DNA of 64,000 nucleotides from NCBI GenBank assembly GCA_027923505.1, contig BROI01000008.1, positions 930,001-994,000 on the forward strand, written 5' to 3'. Origin of the DNA: Mayamaea pseudoterrestris. Taxonomy: Eukaryota. The position numbers and the translations under genes are program-made. The notes below the pieces were generated by a model. The model made no database searches. It was not told the origin of the DNA and saw only the letters and a program-made list of their open reading frames with translations. Shown here piece by piece: positions 20,766 through 30,191 of the stretch. Every line of letters begins with the position of its first letter. The stretch's first letter is position 1.

Positions 20766-23186
20766 ATGACGGAAGGTTATCGATCGCGATTTGCTACGCA
20801 GCAGCTGCACCTCGACAACGTCACTCGCATCTATCCAGACTCTTTTGAGGCTGAGCGAGTAGGTAGAGTCAAGCGTTATAACGAGTCTGCAAGTCGTCGA
20901 CAGTCATCACCACAGGGCTTAGACGGATGGAAAAATCCCCTTCAGCGCAATCGTCCATTCGTCGCAACATTATACAATCCCGACCAGCAGCAGCAAGACC
21001 ATACGACTATTTCACGAAATCCATCGCAAAATGGCGACATGACGGACAAGTCTTTAAGCAGAACTCATCTGATTCCTCAGTCGCCAAGATACACCAGCGG
21101 CAAGCATCAACAGGCGCAAAATGGACGAGAAGAAGCAGTTGACTGCGATGTGAACCAAAATTTTGCTTTAATTTCGCCTTCTCGGGACGAATTACATGCA
21201 CCTGTCGTATTTGGTAACCTTCACGAGTCGTCAAGTGTTGTGACTGGCATGAGTCAGCAGGAGCTCTTGAGACACAAGGCAAGAGAAGATGGTCGGAAAC
21301 GACGGCATCAAAACGCCAAGTCGAAGAAGAGTAAAATGTATCCGATTGTCAACATTCCCATAAATCTCTCACAAGGATTAAACATTCGAAGAGGCCATTA
21401 TGATAAGGTGAACAGCGTGACTGGCGAAAGCGAGCACAACAATCATTCCAGTAACATGTCGCGCCGGTACAAACCCATGACGACAATCATTGACAGTGGC
21501 GACTACCGTGAGCAATTTACCGCTTCATCCGCTCCCACCGGCGAACTGCCACGGGAGTCTTCGTCTTTTGGTGCCAATTCAAACAACACGTATGGAACCC
21601 CGTCCCTTTACTCCACTTTGCCGGCGCAGCAAACGGTTCTCAACGAGGCAGATGGCGACACCATGATGCTTTGGTCGACGCCCAGCAAAGATGAGTCAAT
21701 GGAGTCGTTTCCTATCCTTTCGAACCACTGCGGACTTAGTTTGTCATCTTTCGAGCCCAAAAATGCATTCTATACACCAAAATTGAACGATGAAAGTGGA
21801 AATTTTGTGTCACTTGCTGTTTCTAAAAGCGGACTGAGAGAAAGCATCACTGTTTCCGGTCAAGCAAGCCGTTCTAAAAGATTGGTACGGTTCTCTCATC
21901 AAGATTCATTTTCTTCTGCACCTTGGGATGAGCGTGACGAAGGTCAACAGGAACTAAAGGAAATTGAGAACAGAACAACGACGCTGCAATCATCGAATAT
22001 CACTTTCTCTCCAGACAGTCCACCTAAGTCCATACTTAGAGCAACTCGCTTCTCGTCGTCGAGCCCTGGTGCACGTACGAGTTCTTCATATTACGCCCAG
22101 CTTCAAGCATTTCGGAATAAGCAATCACGAAGAGCTGAGCACAAAGTGGAATTATTGAATTTCAAGTCTCCTCCGCGCCCGGAATCAGCCTTTTCGTATC
22201 CGACCGCGGATGAGCTCTCGCTAAATGCAACGTCGCCGTTGCGGACGAAGCTCGGTACGAGCACGTTAAAGCATGACTCAATGGAAGGGCACGTAAAGGA
22301 ACGTTCGAGCTCCAAGACTTTCCACGAGATTTTAGAGCAGGCCAACAGTCTTTACCACTGTCACTCTCCACATTTTTCAGAGGACGATCCATTTGCTGCC
22401 GAAATCGCGGAGAATGACTCGCAAAACTCAAGTCCTGTCCCAGACATGTTTGACGAATTAGATGATGACGAAGAAATCGGTGACGAAAACGAGACTAGTG
22501 TCGTTGCTGTCGCCAGCTTTATCCAGACCATTGCTGCTGTTGTCATACAGGCGGCATTTCGTCGGTACCGCGTGCAGTGGATCTACTCCGATATGCTTGC
22601 CCGTAAAAATTTACAGAGACTTCGCCAAGGACAACAGCACAATAATTCTGGCCCTGTCGTATTTTCTCCGGTGCACGAGTCCAAAGAGTCAGCTCGTGTT
22701 GTCCCTTGCAAAGATGCCATTATGACACCTAATGGTCAGCGTGCACGTGATCGCGTTGCAAACTTTTCGAAAAGCAATGCTATAGGTTTAAACAATACCC
22801 AAGGCAACAATCATCATGGCTTTAACGAAACAAATGCGGCGGCAACGACAATCCAAGCACTTTTCCGCGGGTACTGGGCTCGTGATTGCATATCCGTCGA
22901 TGTTTACTGCGCTTCGCTGGTCCAGAAGACTTGGCGAAGTTACCAAGTTCGTCATGCGTATCTCTTTGACCTTTACAGCATCATTCTTGTGCAATCCCTG
23001 TGGCGTCGAAGCTTAGCACGCACACAAGCCGCCGTAACGCTATACGCGACCATTTTAGCCCAAAAAGCAGCTCGGGGATATTTAGCAAGAAAAAGTTACC
23101 GCACGCTGAAGAGAGCTACAAGTTCTACGGTCATAGTAAATCGTTTTTTGCGACATCATGCACACAGACATCCGCAGCACACGTAA
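20766..23186 (+). CDS. IQ-motif (calmodulin-binding) protein with long low-complexity N-terminus
   Basis: IQAAFRRY, IQALFRGYWAR, VQKTWRSY, VQSLWRR and AQKAARGYLAR. A possible extra 3' intron starts at 23183 (GTAAGC). Confidence 0.75.
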   Translation: MTEGYRSRFATQQLHLDNVTRIYPDSFEAERVGRVKRYNESASRRQSSPQGLDGWKNPLQRNRPFVATLYNPDQQQQDHTTISRNPSQNGDMTDKSLSRTHLIPQSPRYTSGKHQQAQNGREEAVDCDVNQNFALISPSRDELHAPVVFGNLHESSSVVTGMSQQELLRHKAREDGRKRRHQNAKSKKSKMYPIVNIPINLSQGLNIRRGHYDKVNSVTGESEHNNHSSNMSRRYKPMTTIIDSGDYREQFTASSAPTGELPRESSSFGANSNNTYGTPSLYSTLPAQQTVLNEADGDTMMLWSTPSKDESMESFPILSNHCGLSLSSFEPKNAFYTPKLNDESGNFVSLAVSKSGLRESITVSGQASRSKRLVRFSHQDSFSSAPWDERDEGQQELKEIENRTTTLQSSNITFSPDSPPKSILRATRFSSSSPGARTSSSYYAQLQAFRNKQSRRAEHKVELLNFKSPPRPESAFSYPTADELSLNATSPLRTKLGTSTLKHDSMEGHVKERSSSKTFHEILEQANSLYHCHSPHFSEDDPFAAEIAENDSQNSSPVPDMFDELDDDEEIGDENETSVVAVASFIQTIAAVVIQAAFRRYRVQWIYSDMLARKNLQRLRQGQQHNNSGPVVFSPVHESKESARVVPCKDAIMTPNGQRARDRVANFSKSNAIGLNNTQGNNHHGFNETNAAATTIQALFRGYWARDCISVDVYCASLVQKTWRSYQVRHAYLFDLYSIILVQSLWRRSLARTQAAVTLYATILAQKAARGYLARKSYRTLKRATSSTVIVNRFLRHHAHRHPQHT

Positions 23187-23433
23187 GCAGGCCTTAACTG
23201 TTCGCGGACAGCCAGCAAACAGACGAAGTCGTGCAGCTGCGACACTGCGAGTATGTCGCCGGCTCCGTGATAAAGCGGATGTTTACCAGACGATTGGCAT
23301 AAACCAGACATACGATCGCTAAAAGATGGATCACGGACAGTCACCCTTTCGCAGGCGAGTTTGCGAGCTTTTGTGTAGTGTGTAGTGATAATTAGCATCA
23401 GCTTTAAACCACCCATAGGCGCTTCGATAACAA

Positions 23434-25611
23434 TCAATTTAGTCCTCTTAACTGATTATCTAGATCAGTTTCAATTTCTCGGCGTCGCGTCAACGGCAAG
23501 CCTGCCAGAGGGAGTAGACTTTGGCATTCGACAAGGAAGTCGCGGGCAGCGGCAAATTCGCTTCTGCCCGACCGCAGTTCGCACAGAAAAAAGGACAAAA
23601 CATCATCAAAATGCACATGATCCTGAACGAAAGCAAGCGACCTTAGCACAGTCTTGAAGGCAATGCCATCAAGTCTGACTTTGCTCTCGGGGTTTGCGTC
23701 CAGCTCTTTCATCTTTAGATACAATTCGAAAACAATCCTTGTCGCCTCCTGTGAACGTATTCTAGCATAGCATACCATCAAAGCTGTATATGTCTTGCTA
23801 GTGGGCAATGCGGCACGAGGCCCAGTCACTGGGATGCTTTTAAACAACTCCAATGCCGTTTCGGCCGCTTCCTCGTTCTTTATTCTCCCGAGTCCAGCTA
23901 TCACAGCTGTATAGAGTCCAATGGCATGGCTGGGAACCCACTTCACTCTACCTTCATCAGCCAGTTTTTTGTATTGTCTAAGAATATGGACGGCCTTATA
24001 GGTGGCTTCGGTCGATTGAAAGCGGCATAGCATATTGACGGTAGCTTGATAAGCAAACGCATCATGACATCGGCGCTTCTCGGCTAAATTCAAAAGCATC
24101 AACACCTTGTCAGCTGTCTCTGGATTTCCGCTCTTGGTCCAAGCGTCAATGCAAATGGCGAACGACCCGGCGACTGGAATGCAGTCGGCAAGACAAGCAC
24201 CGTTCATGCTGGTAGAGTCTGCAAGGTCAATCATCTGTAACAACAGATCCGTCGCCCGTTGAGCGCGCTTTTCTTCATGGCTGCTTGTCCACGCTTTCAT
24301 GACAGTATGTATCGTTCCCATTAATGGAGTAACTGTAAGTTGCCGTGATGATATTCCAGCCTTTCGTCGACGTCGTTGATAACAGCTTTGAATCATTTCA
24401 CGAACATGCTCATCCGCCTGCGATAAACCTTCTTGCTCGTTGCTCAAAAGTGTTAATACATAGTAGTAGTGCGTATCAGCATTTGGTGCGAAAATAATTC
24501 GCGACTGTTGCGGCGTGCATTGCGACGACGACCAACTCGACGACGCCAAAGTGTACGCATCATCCAGCAAGTCCTTCGCCCGTTGCGCAGCGTCAGGTCT
24601 AGAACTCTTGGACCAGGCACCCATGGTGCGATTCAGGCAAGTGGTCAAGTCAATTGTTGTTTCATGTGGAGCAGTAGCGTTGAAATAATCGAGCGCCCGC
24701 TTCAAGGCAAGCTCCGCCTCCTCGGGGCGATTTCGTCGAGCAAAGGCGTTTATGACGGTCGCAAATGAAATGGAATCTGGATCTGTCTTGGCGTCTTTTA
24801 GGTTAATCATAAGCTCAAGTATCTGTAGCGCTCGATCTGCTCCATTGTTTTCTATGGAAGTAGCCCACGCCTGTAGAACATGATTGAATGCTTGCGTTGT
24901 CGGTCGAAGGTGTTTGTTTTCGGGTTGAATGCTCAAATTGGAAAGGTGCATGAGCCAGTCTTCTGCTGCCGCAGCGGCCCCATAAACTGATGCAGATTGA
25001 TTTGCATGAGCTAGAATAATATTATGGTATGATGTCAATGTAGGAGCAACGTTAGAGTCATGCACATTAGCAAGCGATTGCATTTCCTTCAAAACCTTTT
25101 CAGCAATTTCCGGCGCCTTGGTATGTTTCGACTTGGTGCATGCAAATAGGACAGCGTCATATGTGAATGTATCTGGATATGGAAGATGATCAGAGTATTT
25201 CATTCGTTCCAGCAATTCCTGCGCCTTGACGACTGACTGTTTCTCGTTTGACTTGACATAAGCTCGGAGCAGTCGATTGAAAGGCGTGGTCGTTGTTGAA
25301 AGGGGACCAATAACATTCGATTTACGAAAAGCATCATCTTCAGCGCGTCGCAAGATTTCTTCCGCTTTTTGAATCTTTCTCAAATCCGGCTTCTGCTGCA
25401 GGCTCACGTTGTGGACCAATTCCTCAAAACGGCGAATAAAATCTGAAGGCGACAAAGCATCTTTGTCGGGTTGATTATGAACAGATCCCTCGGCACAAAG
25501 AGTAGAAGTTTTACGCGTTGGTAAGGGCCGACACCTATCAATGGGACGACTTGGGTGTTGCTGGACAACAAATCGTTGTGTAAACGCTTTTGTGGCCTTC
25601 TTCATCGCCAT
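23434..25611 (-). CDS. Pentatricopeptide-repeat (PPR) protein, likely organellar
   Basis: Repeated PD..TY..V..A motifs (PDTFTYDAVLFAC, PTLTSYHNIILA, PDSISFATVINAFAR, PTSKTYTALM). Basic N-terminus. Confidence 0.88.
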   Translation of the reverse strand: MAMKKATKAFTQRFVVQQHPSRPIDRCRPLPTRKTSTLCAEGSVHNQPDKDALSPSDFIRRFEELVHNVSLQQKPDLRKIQKAEEILRRAEDDAFRKSNVIGPLSTTTTPFNRLLRAYVKSNEKQSVVKAQELLERMKYSDHLPYPDTFTYDAVLFACTKSKHTKAPEIAEKVLKEMQSLANVHDSNVAPTLTSYHNIILAHANQSASVYGAAAAAEDWLMHLSNLSIQPENKHLRPTTQAFNHVLQAWATSIENNGADRALQILELMINLKDAKTDPDSISFATVINAFARRNRPEEAELALKRALDYFNATAPHETTIDLTTCLNRTMGAWSKSSRPDAAQRAKDLLDDAYTLASSSWSSSQCTPQQSRIIFAPNADTHYYYVLTLLSNEQEGLSQADEHVREMIQSCYQRRRRKAGISSRQLTVTPLMGTIHTVMKAWTSSHEEKRAQRATDLLLQMIDLADSTSMNGACLADCIPVAGSFAICIDAWTKSGNPETADKVLMLLNLAEKRRCHDAFAYQATVNMLCRFQSTEATYKAVHILRQYKKLADEGRVKWVPSHAIGLYTAVIAGLGRIKNEEAAETALELFKSIPVTGPRAALPTSKTYTALMVCYARIRSQEATRIVFELYLKMKELDANPESKVRLDGIAFKTVLRSLAFVQDHVHFDDVLSFFLCELRSGRSEFAAARDFLVECQSLLPLAGLPLTRRREIETDLDNQLRGLN

Positions 25612-25799
25612 GGTCGGCCTCTTTCTTTGATGCAGGATGAACCGAAAGAATGATGTGTGTGTGTAGTCGTACCGGTTCTACATAGTCGGTCCGGTACTGG
25701 ATGATTGGATGGCAAATCTTGCGCCGCGACCATGACAGAACGCGTCCGTGTCGAAGCTGCCGAAGTTAGATTGAGCCACATACTGCACTTCCACTTATC

Positions 25800-26765
25800 A
25801 TGACGGAAATTGACGATAATGACAAGAGATTAAAAATTATCGGATCTACTGAAGCCTCCGTGTTGCTCTTGGAAGTCGATTCGATTTTGGATTCAGCAAG
25901 GAACACTCTGCAGAAAGCCAAGGATCTCGCCACTACTGCGGAGCTTGATACTACCTCCTGGAGCGAGAATGCAATTGCAGCTAGCGTAGGAGCTGCATCG
26001 ACCACAGCTACTGCTGGTTATTCCAATACAGATCACATAATTCCACAGAGCGGTGACTACGAAACAGACCGACTGGAGACGTTGAAGCGAAAATACGTTC
26101 GCCGATTGCGCAGCAGTCAGCCAGAAGCCAGAGGAAATGATCGATGGGATAAGCCAAAGGTTCCAGGAGAACGCAGACGACGAATTGTTCGCGAAAAGGA
26201 TTCACCGGAAGCTCCAGCCGAGCCGCCTCCGACGGGCTACACGATTTTCGTCGGTCAAATGACGAACAAGATTCGGCATGATCGTCCACATGAGCCTCAC
26301 AATCAACCTCGCGTCGTGCAGGAAATTAGTACTTACTGGAAATCTGTCATGACGGATGCTCAACGCGACGAATACAATGATTTTGCCGATCAAGTACGTC
26401 AAGAATATACTGATCAGCTCTGCGAATTTCGAGCAACAGGAACGTACACTCCGAGTGAAAGGTTCGAGAAGAAACCTGGTGCCAATGTGTGGGTGCGAAA
26501 GCGAGTGCACGAAAAGAATGCGCTGGAGCGCGAGTTGGACACGTATGAGTCTTATTCCTTTCCTCCGCGGCCGGCAGAGCTCGATGAAGCCTACAGGAAA
26601 CGGGAGGAAGCCAGCAAGCAGAGGCGCAAGCTGAAACTAAAGGGGTTGTTAGACAGAGATGGAAACCCCGTAATGGAAGAAAACGCTGTTCGCCTCGACG
26701 AACAAGCAAGTCTTGGAATCCGCCTAAGTGAGGACGAAGAACCACTTGTGATTGAGGAAGTTTAG
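25800..26765 (+). CDS. HMG-box protein
   Basis: PAEPPPTGYTIFV...EISTYWKSVMTDAQRDEY...RQEY is an HMG-box pattern. Confidence 0.8.
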   Translation: MTEIDDNDKRLKIIGSTEASVLLLEVDSILDSARNTLQKAKDLATTAELDTTSWSENAIAASVGAASTTATAGYSNTDHIIPQSGDYETDRLETLKRKYVRRLRSSQPEARGNDRWDKPKVPGERRRRIVREKDSPEAPAEPPPTGYTIFVGQMTNKIRHDRPHEPHNQPRVVQEISTYWKSVMTDAQRDEYNDFADQVRQEYTDQLCEFRATGTYTPSERFEKKPGANVWVRKRVHEKNALERELDTYESYSFPPRPAELDEAYRKREEASKQRRKLKLKGLLDRDGNPVMEENAVRLDEQASLGIRLSEDEEPLVIEEV

Positions 26766-27669
26766 CTAAGGTACTGCTGCTCGTTGTCTTCATTACTCTA
26801 CTTGATGACACCATAACTTGTGGTACTTTATATGACACCTACAATACCTTACTAGCGGTAGTACAAGTACAACATTCTTACGTACGTCGCTCATTGCTTG
26901 TCATTCTTCTCTGTAGCGATGCATATTACGCCAGAGAATACTCGGAAACTGCTCAGGCGACTTTAGCGACATAACCAAGAATGCTTTCTCCGTCGCCCTG
27001 GCGCCACGCGACGCGCGGATTAATATGCATGCTTATGGGACCGTGTCGCCAGCGTAGAGGCTTGGGCGTTTAGGGCTGTGGCACGAAAGGACTCACTTGC
27101 GATGAAGCAAGGCAACTGGCGCATTCTCACGTTCGACATCCAGGGAGTCGTGTGTCGTTTTACGAACACTGCATGGCAATCGTGGATGTGGCAAGTGACC
27201 GGAACGCCGCGTTTCGAGTGACGCTAAACTGACGTCGTCGTGATCCAAAAAGTCCTTCGACCGGCAATAGCGACGTCATGGTCGCCCATTTCGGAGCTTC
27301 GTTGGGGGAGCATGACGTCAACGCGACCAAAAATGGCGTCGAAATGTGACACACATGATTCGGAAAAAATGCGTGGCACTCACACCTCGAAGGGGGCAAT
27401 GGTGAAGAGGAGAAACGAATGATGCGTTCGGAGAAACGATTTTTGGGACACGATCTCTTTTCACAATTTGAACAGTGCCCTCCATTTATGCGCGACAAAT
27501 AGAAATGTCAAGGAAGCCCCAGCAGGCGCCTGGAATCGGGTATGTGAGCTGATAAGTAGTCAGGAATTCACCGAAACGGATTATCTGTTCGGATGCCTGT
27601 TCATTTCTGGCTTCGAAACAAAGTCGTCTCACAAAATCAATTGCAAACAAGCCACTTTCTTCATCACAA

Positions 27670-28419
27670 ATGAACCGACCAAAAATGACTGCAAGCGCGA
27701 TGAATTACAACTTGCCTCTTGTCCAGATGTCAAGTAGCCTCGAGATGCCGGACGGCTGGTTTGATTTCTCGAATGATCAGCATCAGCAATCGAGGCACTC
27801 CTCGACGGATGTCTCTGTTTCGTCAGCTCTACCAACCGCAAGCAAGGCCACTGATAAACCCAAGCGATCACTTTCTGCCTACAACTTTTTCTTTCAAGCG
27901 CAGCGACAGAATATTCTCAATGCCATTCCATCCCGCGACGACGACAAGCCGCGCCGCTCTCACGGTAAGATTGGCTTTGCAGATCTGGCGCGTCTCATTG
28001 CCAGTCGATGGAAGAACATTGATCAACAAGAGAAAGCCGTCTATCAGCAACTTGCCGCTGATGATAAAGCTCGGTATTATCGAGAGATGGAAGTATGGAA
28101 GAAGGAGCAGATTGAATTGGGCAACGAAGCTGCAAAAATGGACAGTCCTCGCCATCAAGCCGTCAAGTCTAGAGCGGTGCCTGAGCTGATCCAGAGCAAG
28201 GCACATACCGCAGAAAGACGCTATAGCCGGCCCATTCCAGAGCTGAATTTGATGAGCAACACGTCGCAGCAACTTCTTGGCAATGACTTTTTCACCACCA
28301 TCGACAAGCCTCTCCCACTCGACATTAAGTCAAGCAATGACCCATGTCCACCCATTGCAGATCTTGCAGATAAGTTGGACGCTGACAGTCTTGAGATGCT
28401 TGTCAACATCTTTCGCTGA
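27670..28419 (+). CDS. HMG-box protein (diatom-expanded HGKIGF type)
   Basis: KPKRSLSAYNFFF...RRSHGKIGFADLARLIASRWK...DKARYYREM. Confidence 0.9.
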   Translation: MNRPKMTASAMNYNLPLVQMSSSLEMPDGWFDFSNDQHQQSRHSSTDVSVSSALPTASKATDKPKRSLSAYNFFFQAQRQNILNAIPSRDDDKPRRSHGKIGFADLARLIASRWKNIDQQEKAVYQQLAADDKARYYREMEVWKKEQIELGNEAAKMDSPRHQAVKSRAVPELIQSKAHTAERRYSRPIPELNLMSNTSQQLLGNDFFTTIDKPLPLDIKSSNDPCPPIADLADKLDADSLEMLVNIFR

Positions 28420-28562
28420 TGATTGCGTCAACGATAGTTTACATGTTTTAACGTACAAATTTTGCACAACTTTTGCTAATGTATACAACTAAAGTAGTCA
28501 GTTGCGGCAAGTGCTGCATATCATGTCAGACGGTCTCTGATTACGAACAGCAAAAGCCACTG

Positions 28563-29819
28563 TCATGGCAAACCGCCGTGCCTTATCAGCGCATCAATAA
28601 GCTTTAGTATATCAAACGTGGTCGTATCCAAATATGGTGATATTCGAAAGGCGCCACACTTGACGGCGATAAATATACTTTCATCCTGTGCCAGCGTTGC
28701 CGCCACATCAAGCATCTGATCCAACGTCAAGTGACGGGGTCGCAAGCCTATCAAATGATGGCAATGTTCCCGAGCGAAAGTATATTGATGCAATGCGCTC
28801 CATTCCATTAAAGGCTGAAGAATCATCTTTAGCTGCTCTTGCGCTTTTTCAATGTCAAGTGTTGCAACTTCGTTCAAGGCTACCGCCAACATGGGCAGAA
28901 GAATGGGATTGGCCTTGCCTCCTGCATCAAACTTGCGGGCATCTGCAAAGAAGGTGGTTGGATAGCCATCCTCGGTCATGGAGTGCTGGCGACAGTCCCA
29001 GCTTTCGCCATCTGGCGAGGCACGGCCACGACCGTGCTGATCAAGTGGTTCCCATGTGTTGTGTAGTTTGGGGTCAATATAGACAAGAGACGCACCTGAT
29101 GGTCCTCGTAACCACTTGTGGACGGAGCAACAAAGCATGTCGGGTTGGATATTTCTGATACTGCATGGATATATTCCAGTCGCTTGCGTCGAGTCGACAA
29201 TGAGATACGCGTTAGCTTCTTTACACCGCTGGCTTATTCTTTGCAAGTCCAGAATGGCTCCGTTCGACCAATGCAGCGGCGTGAGGCAAGTGGCTAGTAC
29301 AGATTCATCAAGCTGCCGGAGAATGGCGTCTGTCCAGGAATCTTCCATCGCTTCATCAGGATATGGAACAATTGATATTTCGAGTTGTCCTTGCGATCGC
29401 TGAATGACTCTTTGCCATGGATAAACAGCCGAGTTGAACTCGTCTTCCATGACAAGTATCTTGTTCTTTGGTTTGGCGGATTGCGACATGGCTCGGTGTA
29501 GTCGGTGTATATTTTCCGCAGCCATTGTCACTGCAAAGGCAGTCGATGGATGAATGGCAATGTTGGATGACTCTGTTTGAATCATTTGCGCAAATAATTG
29601 TCGAACTTGTGCCTGTGCATCATCAGCAATGTCATGCTGCGACTCCCATGGGTGCCGACCAATGGCTTCTACACCGACTTGCTCACACGACTTGCTGAGT
29701 CTAGCTTGAGCAGCATTGTTCAAGTAGACGATATTCGACTCTTCATCTCTGTGAGTAGTCATGTATTCAATGCTTTCATCATCGTTCAAACAGGATGCAA
29801 TGGAGCTGTTCAACACCAT
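28563..29819 (-). CDS. PLP-dependent class V aminotransferase / C-S lyase-like protein
   Basis: VYLNNAA, IVDSTQATG, PLP-lysine motif SVHKWLRGPSG, RKFDAG and RISPY. Start codon uncertain. Confidence 0.85.
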   Translation of the reverse strand: MVLNSSIASCLNDDESIEYMTTHRDEESNIVYLNNAAQARLSKSCEQVGVEAIGRHPWESQHDIADDAQAQVRQLFAQMIQTESSNIAIHPSTAFAVTMAAENIHRLHRAMSQSAKPKNKILVMEDEFNSAVYPWQRVIQRSQGQLEISIVPYPDEAMEDSWTDAILRQLDESVLATCLTPLHWSNGAILDLQRISQRCKEANAYLIVDSTQATGIYPCSIRNIQPDMLCCSVHKWLRGPSGASLVYIDPKLHNTWEPLDQHGRGRASPDGESWDCRQHSMTEDGYPTTFFADARKFDAGGKANPILLPMLAVALNEVATLDIEKAQEQLKMILQPLMEWSALHQYTFAREHCHHLIGLRPRHLTLDQMLDVAATLAQDESIFIAVKCGAFRISPYLDTTTFDILKLIDALIRHGGLP

Positions 29820-29906
29820 GGTGATTTGTGCGAGGTGCCGATTCGCCGAAACCGCAAAACCAAGAGTTGTCGGTTCGGCACTGACTACTATCACATAAAG
29901 AGTTGT

Positions 29907-29991
29907 CCAAAAACTTTGAAATATTTCAAAGTTTTTGGCACTATGGACCAGACAGTACTGCCAATAACTTTGAAAATCAAAGTTTTTGGCA
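29907..29991. repeat. Perfect 32-bp palindrome plus related 15-bp-arm hairpin
   Basis: 29907-29938 CCAAAAACTTTGAAATATTTCAAAGTTTTTGG equals its own reverse complement. 29959-29991 TGCCAATAACTTTGA-AAA-TCAAAGTTTTTGGCA has one mismatch. Confidence 0.95.
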
Positions 29992-30191
29992 CTGTGTGTT
30001 AAAGAGTACTTTCGTTGCGCTTATGTCATAGCGGGAATGACTCGCCGGCAAAAGCCGTCAATCCTTGCGAAGATTTCGACCAGCAATCACTGCGCCTTCC
30101 CACTATTTGGACCCAGTTCAACATACTGTTACGTACATAGTGTCTCCTTCCGTCGTTCTTCATTGACTCTGACGGATACAAAGCAAAAGGC

